A DNA stretch of 64,000 bases from Octopus vulgaris (taxonomy: Eukaryota), in NCBI GenBank assembly GCA_951406725.2, contig OX597830.1, positions 55,614,001 to 55,678,000 on the forward strand, read 5' to 3'. This document shows, one piece after another, positions 14,669 through 28,146 of the stretch. How positions within the stretch are numbered: position 1 is the first letter of the stretch; every line of letters starts with the position of its first letter. The notes under the pieces are model-generated. The model did not search any database. It was given only the letters and a program-made list of their open reading frames with translations, and was not told the DNA's origin. The translations under genes were made by a program, and so were the position numbers.

Positions 14669-16155
14669 CATAATTCTTTAGTAGCGCTTTCTTTAGTTTA
14701 TCGAATTCGTCAAGACAAAATCAAAATGATAAAAACCTGGCGTGTCATTGTTCATTTCTATGAATCGGATGATTTTGGCTTTGTTTAGAAGAGCAGAAAA
14801 TATTTCAGTTTTTTCTTCAGCGGGGGAAAGGGGAGAGGAGAGAAAGAAAAACAAAGAGGGAGGTAAACAGGCAGAGAGGGGGGTTCAGGACAATCAAGGA
14901 AGATGAAGGAAAGTGAAGCAGAGGCTGGGGAAAGGATAGATAGAAAGAGAGAGGGAAAGAGAAAGAGAGATTTCTTTTCAATTTAATGTGGCCAACCCAT
15001 TGAAATTTCATTACAAAGCATTTTTTTTCTTCTTTTCTCTTCCTCCTCTTTCCTTTCTCATTGTATACCTATCAACGTATTTATAGATAAACGCATTTTC
15101 TCAAAAGGGCTTGGTGACCTTTTAAGAGGTAAGTTTTAGGAACTAGGATGGGAAAGATAACAAAAGAGAGAAGGGTGCGGTCATCACTGCATAATTTGAA
15201 AATAATATTTCAGAGTCCTATGAAAATGTATATTCCTTTTGATTTTGTTTTTTTTTTTCTGGTAAAATATGTCTGTTGTGACTGTGGGGTTGTGTATTTT
15301 TATGTGAATATCCAGGAATGGTAATTCCTTACAACTGGTTTCTGTCGTGAATTTGATGGTTGGGTAAAGTGCGTAGAGTATAATATTAAATATTTGTAGG
15401 TCCTAATTTGATTTGTCCCAAAAGATGAAGCAGTCTTCGAGAAAGCGTCTCCTCCTTTTAATGACGTATTTCTTGCAATCATGATTAAAAACTCTCTCTA
15501 CCACCTCATAAAGCTTTTCTTCCAAGTATCCCATGACTTGGCTAGCATATGAGGGTGCAAACCTAGTCCCCATAGCCGTATCCTTTATCTGTCGATATGC
15601 TTTATTACCGAATCTAAAGGTGTTTTCTTCTAGTACCAGACGTGTGGCCTTGGTGATGAGGTAAGTTTTGAAGCGTTAATTTATCCATCCTCTATGTTTC
15701 TCTGCCTAGTGTTTGACTGCTTCCAGGCCCAAAGTGTGAGGTATATTAGTGTAAAGATTGTTGACCTCAAAGCTTGTAAGTATAATACCTTCTGGGGCAG
15801 TGGGTAGAAAGTGCTTGCGAAAATCTATGCCATCCCGTATATCGCTGGGATTTTATGAGCATAACGGTTTTATGGCTATATCCAAAAGATGACTCAATTG
15901 TTGTGTTGGTGATTGAGGTCCAGTAACTATTCAAGAGCGGATTCTCGTTCAAAGTAAAAGTAGATATGAACAGCAAGACACAGAATCTCATATACTGCAT
16001 TACTTGCCCCGGCTGCAAGGAAAATTACATTGGCGAAACAATTACATTCTAACTTGATTTTCCTAATTTATGAATGTTGTACTAATATTTAATGTTTGTT
16101 CGTGCAAAACTTACACAGAATATAGGATCTGACTATACAGGTGTAACGGAATATA

Positions 16156-17760
16156 CAGTGGCGGCCAAAATGTTCAGAACGGCATTGTTTTCGTCAGAAA
16201 AGTAGATATAAGTTTTTATCAAAGTTGTTTATATTCTATAATTTTCACAGACAATAAATACGATATTATTTGTTATTGTCTGAGATTTTGGTGTAATTTG
16301 AGAAGATAATACAAAAGTTATGGATGATTTATCGATTTACTGCAAAACCCATTGCGGCCAAAATGATCAGAACGGTTGCTTTTACTCCATGTTTTAGTAT
16401 ATTTAACCAGCGAACTCTAATGTTTTGAATTTGTTTACGTGACGGTTCATTTACTAAACACGCCGTAAGAATATCTGCAGTGTACTTTGTTAATATAATG
16501 CCACTTACTCCGTTACTAATTCGTCAGCAGATTATTAAGCTTCGAAAGAAGGATAATTTAAGTATTGGGTCTATTGCAAAGATTGTTAACAAGTCAAAAA
16601 GTGTTATTCACGGTATTCTTAAGGTCTACGAGGATTGTGGTTCGTGTGAAGCAAGAAAGTCTACAGGTAGGCCGAGAAAAACGACCAAGAGAGAAGATCG
16701 TGCTATGGTAAAGTTGGTTAAAAATGATAGATTTAAAACTGCTGCTGCTGTTTCTCGGGAAATGAGCATCGTACTGAAGAAAACTTTATCTCGAAAAACT
16801 GTCTCGTCGTTTAGTTGGACATGACCTACAAGCAAGAGCACCTGCAGTGAAGCCACTGATCAGCTTCAAGAATAAAAAGTGTCGACTTACCTTTGCAACC
16901 GAACATGTGTTGTGGTCTCAAGAAAAATGGCAAACGGTGCATTTCAGTGATGAATCTAAGTCTATGTTATTTGGCTCAGATGGGAAAAGGTACGCTCGAC
17001 GAAATGTAGGTGAAAAATTGTCGCCTAAAATGCCTTAAGACTAGTGTTAAATTCGGTGGAAGAAGTATCATGGTTTGGGGGGTGATATCTGGAGATGGTG
17101 TGGGCCCTTTGGTGCGATTACACGGAAAGGTAAATGCAGGAGTTTATAAACAACTTGTAAAAGATCATGTCTTGCCTGTGCTGAGAAATTCAACTAAGTG
17201 ACCGCCCATATTCATGCAGGACAATGCCCCATGTCACAAGGCTAAGGTGGTCATGAACTTCCTAAAGGCTGAAAAGGTTATTGTTATGGATTGGCCTGCT
17301 CAAAGCCCAGATCTCAATCCTATTGAAAATGTGTGGGATATTCTTGGAGAAAGTTCGAAAGCCAGAAATCCTAAAACAACCAAGCAATTATGGAATGCCC
17401 TTCAGGAAGAAATTAAAAATTTAATTTCCTCATGCAGTCGAAGATGTCAAAGTTTGATTGAAGCTAAAGGGGTTCACACTAAATATTAAATAATTCCAGC
17501 ATTCTCTGTCATTTTTGATTATTTTGTTATTTTTTTCAATCGTTCTGATCATTTTGGCCGCAATGGGTTTTGCAGTAAATCGCTATATCATCCATAACTT
17601 TTGTATTATCCACTCAAATTACACCAACATCTCAGACAATGCCAATTAATATCGTATTTATTGTCTGTGAAAATTATAGAATATAAAACAACTTTATTAA
17701 AAACTTATATCTACTTTTCTGACAAAAACAATGCCGTTCTGAACATTTTGGCCGCAACTG
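16156..17760 (+). mobile_element. Full-length Tc1 DNA transposon (DD34E, IR/DR type), inactivated
   Basis: TA target duplication on both sides. TIRs of about 220 bp start CAGTGGCGGCCAAAATGTTCAGAACGG, with an internal direct repeat at about 16352-16374 and 17541-17563. Transposase is in pieces at 16498-17489: GRPRKT, FSDES, VWG, QDNAPCH-(34)-NPIE. Confidence 0.95.
16498..17489 (+). pseudogene. Tc1 transposase pseudogene
   Basis: Four consecutive ORF-track pieces. Breaks near 16810 and 17030 and an in-frame TGA near 17199. Confidence 0.9.
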
Positions 17761-18027
17761 TACATTTTCATTGGACTTTGAAACCTTTTTATTTTCAAAC
17801 GTTACCGTGATGACTGCACCCTCCTCTCTTTTGTTATCTTTCCCATCCTACTTCGTAAGACTTACCTCTTAAAAGGTCATCTAGCCCTTTCGAGAAAATG
17901 TGTTTATCTAAAATATGTTGATAGGTATACAATGAGAAAGGAAAGAGGAGGAAGAGAAAAAAAGAAGAGAAAATGCTTTGTAATGAAATTTCAGTTGACC
18001 ACGTGAAATTGAAATGAAATCTGTCTT

Positions 18028-18085
<58 letters not shown>

Positions 18086-18495
18086 CATCTATCTCTATCT
18101 ATCCTTTCCCCCAGCCTCTACTTTACTTTTCCTCCTCTTTCTTGATTCTCCTGAAACTTCCCTCTCTGTCTATTTTCCCCTCCTTGCTTTTCCTTCTCTC
18201 CTCTCTCTTTTTACCTCCCAAAATTTTTCTCCTTTTCTAAACAAAGCAAAAAACATCCGATTCATATAAATAAACAAGGAAACGTTGAGCTTTTATCATT
18301 TGCATTTCGTTTTGAGGAGTTCGATAAATGAACGCAAGCGCTTTAATGGAGTATCCAAAATTCTGACTGCTTCCTTTCGGTTGACCTCGAAAGAATTTGA
18401 ACTCAGAATGTAGTGACGGGCGAAATGCCGTTAAGCATTTTGGCCGACGTGCTAAGGATTCTGTCAATTCGCCGCCTTAACAATAACCAATAATG

Positions 18496-18534
<39 letters not shown>

Positions 18535-18749
18535 GTTTCAAATTTTGCCACAAGGGCAGCAAATTTCGGGGAGAGGTATAATCGATTACATCGACTCCAG
18601 TGTTCAACTGGTACTTATCTTATCGACCCCAAAAGGATGAAAGGTAAAGTCGACCTCGGCGGAATTTGAACTCAGAACATAGCGGCAGACGACATACCGG
18701 TCAGCATTTCACCCGGCGTGCTAACGATTCTGCGAGATCGTCGCCTTAA

Positions 18750-19407
18750 TAACAACTATAATATTAGTAATAGTAGCAATAGCAAAAAAAACAGCTGCAG
18801 CAACAGCCACAGTGGTGGTGGGGGGGGGGGGGCTGCGGCGGCGGCGGTGGTGATGGTGGTGCAGTTGTTGTTGCTGCCGTTCCTATTGTTGTTAGTGCTG
18901 CTGCTCTTATTGTTATTAGTGCTAGTGTTGTTGTTGTTGTTGAGGGTGATGGTGGTGGTGGTGGTGGTGGTGGTGGTGACGGGGGAGGAGTGATGGTGAT
19001 GGTGGGGTGAGGGGTAATAGTTTATGATTGTGGTAGAGGTTGAAATGATGCTTGCAGAAGTGGTGGTTGTGATGACATAGGTGGCGTTGCATGTACAGTT
19101 TACCGTTGAAACTAACTGGCAATTACTATCATTATCATCATTGCCGTCATCGTCATTGTCGTCGTCGTCGTTGTGGTTCTCATCATCATCATCATTATCC
19201 TCATCGTCATCAACAGCAGTAGCAGCAGTAGCAGCAGTAGCAGCGACAGCAGCTTCGACATCATCATCGTAGTCGTCATGATGATGATCATCATCATCCT
19301 TACCACCACAACCATCATCATCACCATCATCATCATCGTCGTCATTATCATCAGCAGCAGCAGTACCAGCAGTAGCAGGGGCAGCAGCATCGACATCAAT
19401 GTAGTTG

Positions 19408-19441
<34 letters not shown>

Positions 19442-19725
19442 TATCACCACAACAATCACCACCACCACCACAACCGAAACCATCACCATCATCGTAGTCG
19501 TCGTCATCATCATCATCATCATCATTATCACCACAACAGTCACTATAATCCTCGTCATCAGTAGCAGCAGCATCACCACCGTCATCGTATTCATTGTCAC
19601 CGTCGTCGTCATCATTATGTTCATCATCATCATCATCATCATCATCACCACCACCACAAACACCACCACAAAGACCCACCCTCACCCCCACCCCCACCAT
19701 CATCATCATCATCACCATCATCATT

Positions 19726-19769
<44 letters not shown>

Positions 19770-20320
19770 TACCACCACCACAAACACCACCACAAACACC
19801 ACCGTAACGACCACCACCCCCACCACCACCATCATCATCATCATCATCATCATCATCATTACCACCACCACAAACACCACCACAAACACCACCGTAACGA
19901 CCACCACCCCCACCACCACCATCATCATCATCATCATCATCATCATCACCACCACCACCATCGTCGTCGTCGTCATCACAGCCAACAGCGCAAGGCCGTC
20001 GTTAATTATATATAAGCCATGTGTAATATATATAATCCGATTGTCATGAAAATATGGGTTTATGCAAGCATATGTGTGTGTATGTGTGCGCATGTCTTGG
20101 TGTGTATGCAGGTTTAAGTGTATATCTTTATGTGTCTGTGAATGTGTATGCACATGTATTGTATATATAATATATATATATATGTATGTGTGTGTATGTA
20201 TGTATGTATGTATGTGTGTGTATATGTATATATATATATATATGTATGTATATATATATATATGTGTGTGTGTATGTATATATATATATATGTATGTATG
20301 TATGTATATATGTATGTGTG

Positions 20321-20355
<35 letters not shown>

Positions 20356-20440
20356 ATGTATATATATATATGTATGTATATATATATATGTATGTATATA
20401 TATATATGTATGTATGCATGTATGTATGTGTGTATGTATA

Positions 20441-20476
<36 letters not shown>

Positions 20477-20900
20477 TGTATGTATGTATGTATGTGTGTG
20501 TGTGTATATATATGTATATATATATGTGTGTATGTATGTATGTATGTATGTATGTATGTATGTATGTATGTATGTATGTATGCATATACGTGCGTATGTA
20601 TGTATGTATATATGTGCGTGTGTGTGTACATGTATGTATGTGTGCATGTACGTACTTAAATATACTGATGTATTCACAAACATACATATTTGTGATATAC
20701 ACGTGCATGTCTGTGTATGTATATACGCATGTGCGTATAAGTATTCTACATACATTCATATATATTAATACTAGTTGTGGTTTTTGTCGTCGTCGTCGTC
20801 GTGGATGTGGTGGTGGTGGCGGCGGCGGCGGCGGTGGTGGCGGTGGTTGTGGTAGTGGTTGTGGTGGTTGTGGTGGTGGTGGTGGTGGTTGTGGGGGGAG
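18750..20900. repeat. Compound trinucleotide (CAT/CAC/GGT/GCA) and (TA/TG/TATG) microsatellite field
   Basis: Low-complexity tracts, including a roughly 90-bp tandem duplication around 19766-19947. Confidence 0.9.
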
Positions 20901-21055
20901 GGGGGGCTGACGACTATCCTAACGATTTTCTTCCATATATAACTTGTGTTACGTTGTACCTTGAAACGTAGATAAAGTAATTTTCTCCTCTTTCATTTTA
21001 TCAGTTGCATTTTGAACAGACAAGAGCAAACACACACACACACACACACACACGC

Positions 21056-21124
<69 letters not shown>

Positions 21125-21155
21125 GTATGTATATATATATATATACATACATACA

Positions 21156-21188
<33 letters not shown>

Positions 21189-21288
21189 GTATGTATGCAT
21201 GGATATATATATATATATACACAACTATATATATATTGTTATATTTCGGAATGGTCATTTTGCCAGTTTAGCCAACAAATATATAAAC

Positions 21289-21353
<65 letters not shown>

Positions 21354-21546
21354 CATGCATGGATATAAACGTGGGATTCAGAAATTAACTTCCGAACGAC
21401 GCGGGTCCGAGTTCGATGCTTCTGAGCAACAACTTTCAAATGTCTTCCACAATAGATAGATACATACATACATACATACATACATACATACATACATGCA
21501 TGCATAAATATAAACATACATACATATATTACACACACACACACAC

Positions 21547-21609
<63 letters not shown>

Positions 21610-21839
21610 TTCGACGAGTAAATTGTCAGAATTTTAACTTCACGCATGTGCATTGCTTATTTTCGATTTTGTCGACTACACAGTATTGTAGGGTCAGTTG
21701 GGCACTGTCTGTGTGAAAAGCACCACCATGACGCAATTCAATCTGCCAGGAATTTGGAAACGATATACTGTACTGCTTGGGATTCGCGCTGGAAGCTCCA
21801 ATACGAACATTTCAGAGTGTTTGGGTGTCGATTTGAGGA

Positions 21840-22180
21840 CAGTGCAATCTGAGGACATGTACTGAGAATGATAAAAATCAAACATCGAGTCAACATGATG
21901 GTGTTTGGAGTGATCACTAGTGGCTAGTGATGGCAACGTTATGTTTCCATTCATCTTCCCACACGGCCTCAGATTCAACACGGAGGCCGACATCAAGTCC
22001 CTTTAGGAGGTAGTGCTGCTCTGGATCAAGAGGGTGGCTGCTGGCAGATCCTATGTCTGGCAACAAGACTCTGTACCATGCCACACAAGCAGGAGAACCC
22101 AGTCATGGCTGTCAGACAATTTCTGCAACCACATCACTCCAAACATCTGGCCACCTGACTCCCTAGACTGCAGCCCCCAC
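21840..22180 (+). mobile_element. Tc1/mariner (maT/DD37D-like) transposase fragment
   Basis: Reads MVFGVIT...PFIFPHGLRFNTE...YVWQQDSVPCHTSRRTQSWLSDNFCNHITPNIWPPDSLDC. Confidence 0.75.
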
Positions 22181-23163
22181 TCCTGAGTAAAAGTATAAAA
22201 ACTGCGCCCCTCTGCCAAGCCAGTGAAACAGAGTAGGCTCATCAAACCAGTATGATCCCATGTTCAAATATACGGCCTCCTCATCAGACCAGTGATTGCT
22301 AGAGACAACATGCTAAGGCCTTCGTCTTGCAGTGGACTGAATATAGGCAATCCCATCCATTGTGTGCTATATGTATATATAATTTTGCATATAATTTTCA
22401 CTGTGAAATATTCCCTTCATCGGCTATTGACCAGAGATCACAGCAGTTTCTATCCCGTTTGACAATAACGCCCCACCTGCAAGATGTGTTTATCTCCATC
22501 GATGCGAGTGTGAAACGTCCACGTCCTTTTTGCACCCTCTGTATCCATGCAGTGACCACTGGGTACCTACCTGGAATTGTAATTCCACAAGTAAGACACT
22601 AACTACTTGCTGAGTATCTGTTTCTTGAATTTGTTTCTAGCATTGATTCTTCTCTTACATGCCTCTAGTATATCCATGATGAAGTATTTTCCTCCTTCAC
22701 CTTTTCGTGATTCCTTATACTTCCTAAGTTCAATGTGAACCAATTGGGACATTCTAGGTCAACCTACGATCTCTCACCTCTACTGAGGCCACCGTACAAT
22801 ACGTGTCACAAACGATTTTTAAGTCCTTCCCATTTAAAGACTTTTCGTACATTTGTCCATCGTCAATTCAATAGGTGTATGTGTATGTTTGTGTATGTAT
22901 ATGTTTGTGTATGTGTATGTTTGTGTGTGTATGTGTATAGTCCCGTGTGAATGTGTGCGAGGGTTTGTTCAACATTTTTGTCATATACGTAAATAAACAA
23001 ATCAATCAATAGTGATCGATCAAATAAATACCGAGTCAAAATAGATTTTGAGGTAGATATGATAGACTAAAAGATTTTGAAGACGGTACCTCATCATAGC
23101 TGTTTTCTATGTTTGCATATACATACATACATATAAATATATATATATGTATATATATATATG

Positions 23164-23226
<63 letters not shown>

Positions 23227-23354
23227 TGTATATATATTTACAGAGAGAGAGAGGGAGAGAGAGTTGAGGGAGGATATGCATATATATCTATATATACACA
23301 CATATACATACATACATAATATAACATATATATGTTTGTGTATATGTGCATGTT

Positions 23355-23408
<54 letters not shown>

Positions 23409-23520
23409 CGTGCGTGTGTGTGTATGTGTGTGCGTGCGTGCGTGCGTTCGACTATAATCTACAATATATCTTGAATTTTGGCTGATAAAATAGACTCAAA
23501 GAAAGAGTCTGTTTTATCTA

Positions 23521-23570
23521 CATATAAAGGTATCAAGGTACAGTTTGGCCCAAGGTACATATATAAAGGC
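23521..23570 (+). promoter_or_regulatory. Two TATA-like boxes upstream of exon 1
   Basis: catATAAAGG at about 23521 and atATAAAGGC at about 23561, roughly 180-220 bp before the ATG. The AT-rich context makes this weak. Confidence 0.3.
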
Positions 23571-23743
23571 TAGTTTGGTATATTAAAAGACATAATTTGA
23601 TCACAGGATTATTATAATTATTATCAAATGACTATCATCATTATTAGCAACAACAACAACAACTAATACTGCTGCAACTTTTTTTTAATACTAAAACAAC
23701 TGTTAAGTCTACAATAGAATGCAAATTTGTTCCTTTTACAAAC

Positions 23744-23945
23744 ATGAACGTGTTTCGCAAATATAACAGCATCGGCCAAACATGGATCTGGCTTTACCTT
23801 ATTTTAGCTTTTACTTCTTTTGCGGTTTACGGAAAGGTCTACCATTCTTGCGAGGAAGCTATGATCGACTTGGGAAGCAGTGCTGCAGATGGTATATACC
23901 AGATAATGACTTCGTCTGGGCATGCGGTTAATCTTTATTGCCATG
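23744..23945 (+). CDS. Exon 1 of secreted GON/WSC/EGF protein: signal peptide and start of GON domain
   Basis: ATG at 23744. MNVFRKYNSIGQTWIWLYLILAFTSFAVYG is hydrophobic and signal-like, followed by KVYHSCEEAM...DGIYQI...VNLYCHG, matching the GON N-terminal pattern SC..DG.Y...IYCHG. Donor G|GTAAGT at 23946, phase 1. Confidence 0.88.
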
Positions 23946-24879
23946 GTAAGTAAAAGAAAAGAACAATTACATCTCTTCTCTTTCATTCTTGCATTCGGAT
24001 ACCATATGATAATTATGATAAATTTGTTATTGGATGAAAATCTTAAGTTTGGATGATATGTTTGAGTAGTTTGAGGAGAAGAAAATAGTGACGTGATAGG
24101 ACTGTCCTTTCGTTTCATCTGAGGGAGAAAAAAATTTAATCTTTTGCAGATGGAATTTTAATTCTTACTTTTTTTTTTTTCATCTTCTTGTATTTTTCTT
24201 CTCTCGACAAAACAAAGATATATTCTCATAAAGATAAGTGTCGCTTTTTCCAACGGAATCATAATTCAACGTGAATAGACTGTCATTTCATATTGTCTAA
24301 CACAACAAAAATAGCTAAAATATTTTTTTTTTCACCGGAATTTAGCTTAATTTTCTTTAACTTCATTATCCCTCTCTCGACAAAACAAATGAGCACCTCC
24401 ATAATATGAAATATCTTTCGAACTGTAATATTGGTTTCAAATTTTAGCTTAAAACCAACAGTTTTGGGGGAGTGGTTAAGTTGATTACATAGATTCCCAG
24501 AGCTCGACTGGTTTTCGATCTCGAAAGGACGAAAGACAAAGCCGACATCGGTCGGATTCGAACTCGGCTTGTAAAGACGGACGAAATGCCGGTAAGCATT
24601 TTGCCCAGGGTGCTAATGATTCTGCAAGCTTGCCGCCTTTCTCTTAATCGTAATATTGACAGGTTACAGGGCGGTTAGATGGTAGAATTGTCGGCACGCC
24701 AGGTAAAATGCTTAGCAGCATTTTGTCCGTCTTTACGAACTGAGTTCAAATTCCTTCGCCTATTATCGTCGACTTCGCCTTTCATCGTTTCGGAGTCGAT
24801 AAGATAAGTACCAGGTGAGTACTAGGGTCAATGTAATTGACTTACTCCCACCTCGAACTTGCTGGCTAATGACGAAATC

Positions 24880-25109
24880 TAGCGCTACAGAATTAGCAGA
24901 TGTGGAAGAGGTGAAGTAAAAAAAAATGACGGAAGCGTTAAAAGGCTTCGCTTCGCAAGAATTCCAGCACTGCTTCGAACAGTGGGAAATGTGTCTGGAC
25001 CGATGCATTGCTTCAAATGGAAAATACTTTGAAGGCGATAAAAAGTGTAAACATATAAAACTAAGTGACTAAATTAATATTGCATAATTCTGGTTTCTTT
25101 TGGGTGCTC

Positions 25110-25112
<3 letters not shown>
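24880..25112 (+). mobile_element. Mariner transposase 3' end remnant
   Basis: FQHCFEQWEMCLDRCIASNGKYFEGD, the typical mariner C-terminus. Confidence 0.72.
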
Positions 25113-25182
<70 letters not shown>

Positions 25183-25425
25183 TGTGTGCGTGAATTTTTT
25201 CTCTCCTCTGTGTGTGTGTGTGTGTGTGCGCGTGAATTTTTTCTCTCCTTTTTCCTCTCCTTTTTTCTCTCCTTGTTTCTCTCCTTGTTTTTTGTGTCCC
25301 TTTCTGTAGAAGAGCGTAGGGTCGAAACGTAAGAGACTTTTTCTATTCCTGTGCGTTATACTATTAATAATCTGTTTGTTTTCTACACCACCTGTCTTCG
25401 TCTTTTGTTTTTTTGTGAACTCTCC

Positions 25426-25462
<37 letters not shown>

Positions 25463-25465
25463 CAA

Positions 25466-25915
25466 GCGCAGGCGTCGCTGTGTGGTAATGGGCATACTTC
25501 CCAACAACTTGGTTCCAGCTTCAGGGTTTCAGTCCCACTGCGTGGCAACTTTGGCAAGTGTTTTTCTACTATAGTGTCAGGCCGACCAAAACCTTGTGAG
25601 TGGATTTGGTAGACGGAAATTGAAAGAAGCCTGTCGTGTATATATATGTGTGTGTGAGAGCGAGACAGACAGACAGACAGAGAGTGTGTGCGTGCGTGTG
25701 TGTATGTGTCTTGTGTCTGTGTTTATCCTCCCATCATCATTTGACAACCGATGTTAGTGTGTTTACGTCCCCGTTACCCAGCAATTTGGCCAAAGTAACC
25801 GATAGAATAAATACTATGCTTACAAAGAATAAGTTCTGAGGTTTATTTCTTCGCCCAGAAAAGCCTTTAAAGCAGTGCTCCAGCATGGACTCAGTCAAAT
25901 GACTGAAAGAAATAA
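25466..25915 (+). mobile_element. SINE family C
   Basis: gtggtaa...ttcagtcccactgcgtggc...ggcaagtg...gccgaccaaaaccttgtgagtggatttggtagacggaa. Other copies at about 37280-37668(-), 48325-48620(+), 49795-50225(+), 53600-54010(+), 57705-57868(-), 63580-63960(-). Confidence 0.8.
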
Positions 25916-25990
25916 AAATATAAAAGCATCAAAGAATATATATATGGTGCTCCCGCATGGCCACAGTCAAAATGACTGAAACATGAAAAA

Positions 25991-26036
<46 letters not shown>

Positions 26037-26089
26037 ATGTATGTATGTATGTATGTATGTATATATATATATATATATGTATGTATATG

Positions 26090-26189
<100 letters not shown>

Positions 26190-26385
26190 CTTCAACACAT
26201 TAACAATGTAAACTTTGATTTATGGACCAACTTTTTATAAATCTATAAGTGTGTATATATGTGTATATTTATATGTGTTCGTGTGTGAGTGTCTGTGTGT
26301 CTATGCGTGTGTATGGGTGCCTGTATCGGCCTGTCTCTGCCTGCTTGTGTATGTGGGTGTTTCTGTGTATGCACTTGTGCATGAC

Positions 26386-26431
<46 letters not shown>

Positions 26432-26533
26432 TGTGGTTTCATACTTTGTTCAAGTGCGTTTATGTGATTGCCTGTAGGTGTGTTTGAGAGGATGTAAGTA
26501 TGTGTATGTATGTGAGTGTTTGCGTATGTGTGT

Positions 26534-26569
<36 letters not shown>

Positions 26570-26769
26570 TAGTCGATGTGGGCGTGAGTGGACCTTTGTG
26601 CATGTATATTTGTTTCTCTGTGTGTATGCGTGTACCTGTATTTATATATGTGTGTATATGTATGTATGTGTACCATTGTGCATATCTGTATGTGTGTATA
26701 TTTTTTGTCGCTCTAACTGTGATAATATTGCTGGAGTTATATTGCTGTAGTTTTATGAGACTGACATAC

Positions 26770-27292
26770 TGTAAATCTTCGAGTATAGTCCGCCATTGAG
26801 TATAACACGCAGGGGATTTTTAGGGGGCTGTACCTCTGAAAAATCTAAACCTTGTGTATAATACGCACTCCTTCTCTAACTTGAGTCGTGCTTAATTAAG
26901 CCAGCAGCACCTAGTCGAACAAACACTTCCACGCATGCGTAATACAATAATGGTGATGTTCTCAACTGTTATATGGAAATGCAAATATGTTTGCAAATTG
27001 TTTTTGTTACATGTTATTCTATGTTCTGAATACTTTTATTTTAATAAATGTTGCTTACTGCAAGTTATGGATGATTCTTTTATGACTTCATTGCTTTCAG
27101 GCTTAGCTTAAGGTATTTTCGCGCCCGATATCACAAAATGCGCCTGAATAAACATTGCCGGACAGCAAATAGAGACTCGGACATTGCTTAGAAAATATTT
27201 TTCATTTTTAACCTCGTATACAGTACGCACTAGGGATTTTGACCTTTAAATTTGGGGGGGGGGGAATGCGGATTATACTCGAGGATTTACGG
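26770..27292 (+). mobile_element. Complete pogo/Tigger-like MITE
   Basis: TA|ctgtaaatcttcgagtatagtccgc ... gcggattatactcgaggatttacgg|TA: TIRs of about 25 bp with TA flanks and no ORF. Confidence 0.85.
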
Positions 27293-27294
27293 TA

Positions 27295-27651
27295 CCTCAT
27301 TAAGGTCCTCCGCTTTAGACATGACAGCCTTGTATCAGGATTTACTCTGTGGTAGAACGTTGTAATCAACGGCGGAGAGGCATTCAGAGGTATGCAAACG
27401 TGTCTCACCGACTTAGCGAAGTTAGAATGCAATGTGTCAACGGCGGAGAGGCATTCAGAGGTATGCAAACGTGTCTCACCGACTTAGCGAAGTTAGAATG
27501 CAATGTGTGCACATTGCATTCTAACTTCGCTAAGTCGGTGAGACACGTTTGCATACCTCTGAATGCCTCTCCGCCGTTGATTACAACGTTCTACCACAGA
27601 GTAAATCCTGATACAAGGCTGTCATGTCTAAAGCGGAGGACCTTAATAAGG
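27295..27651. mobile_element. Foldback (palindromic) element with internal 71-bp tandem duplication
   Basis: Arms 27295-27436 and 27510-27651 are reverse complements with 1 visible mismatch. 27437-27507 repeats 27366-27436. Flanked by TA. Confidence 0.88.
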
Positions 27652-28146
27652 TATATTATATATACTGAATTATATATACTGAACTACAAAAGAAACATCG
27701 CACTGTAAAAGATTGTTTCACACACGATATTGAGATTGAGTTCAAATTCCGCCGAGGTCGACTTTGCCTTTCATCCTTTCGGGGTCGATAAATAAAGTAC
27801 CAGTTACGCACTGGGGTCCATGTAATCGACTTAAATTCGTTTGTCTGTCCTTGTTTTTCCCCTCTATGTTTAGCCCCTTGTGGGTAATAAAGAAACATAT
27901 ATGGATTTTATCACATTTTTAGGTAATTTGACAACAGGAAGATGTCGCTGACCCACAACACCACTCTCTTTTGAAAACACAAGGATTGCATGTGGGGTTC
28001 CAACTCGCTCACTTTTCGTGAACATAGTTATGCTCGCGAATGCATCTTTATGAAAAGCATGATGCACGTGCAAAACGTTGACTCATTGGGTGTACAAGGC
28101 ACCCAAATTTACCAGTCTGATTTTCGTTTCCCGAACGCAGCAAGCA

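Larger units (their letters stand above)
14683..18342. mobile_element. Old Penelope-like element with inverted terminal repeats, interrupted by a Tc1 element
   Basis: Diverged inverted repeats at about 14683-15187 and 17806-18342. Minus-strand RT remnants at 15300-15770 (LYTNIPH.LG, LVLEENTFRF...YRQIK.TAMG, FAPSYA, RRFLEDCFIFW). Plus-strand GIY-YIG remnant at about 15930-16040 (NLIYCITCPGCKENYIGET). Confidence 0.78.

Noticed and set aside
18756-20759. 667-aa minus-strand ORF and overlapping long ORFs
   Set aside because: Entirely microsatellite-derived (YI, HT, poly-D/M/V), open only because the repeats lack stops.
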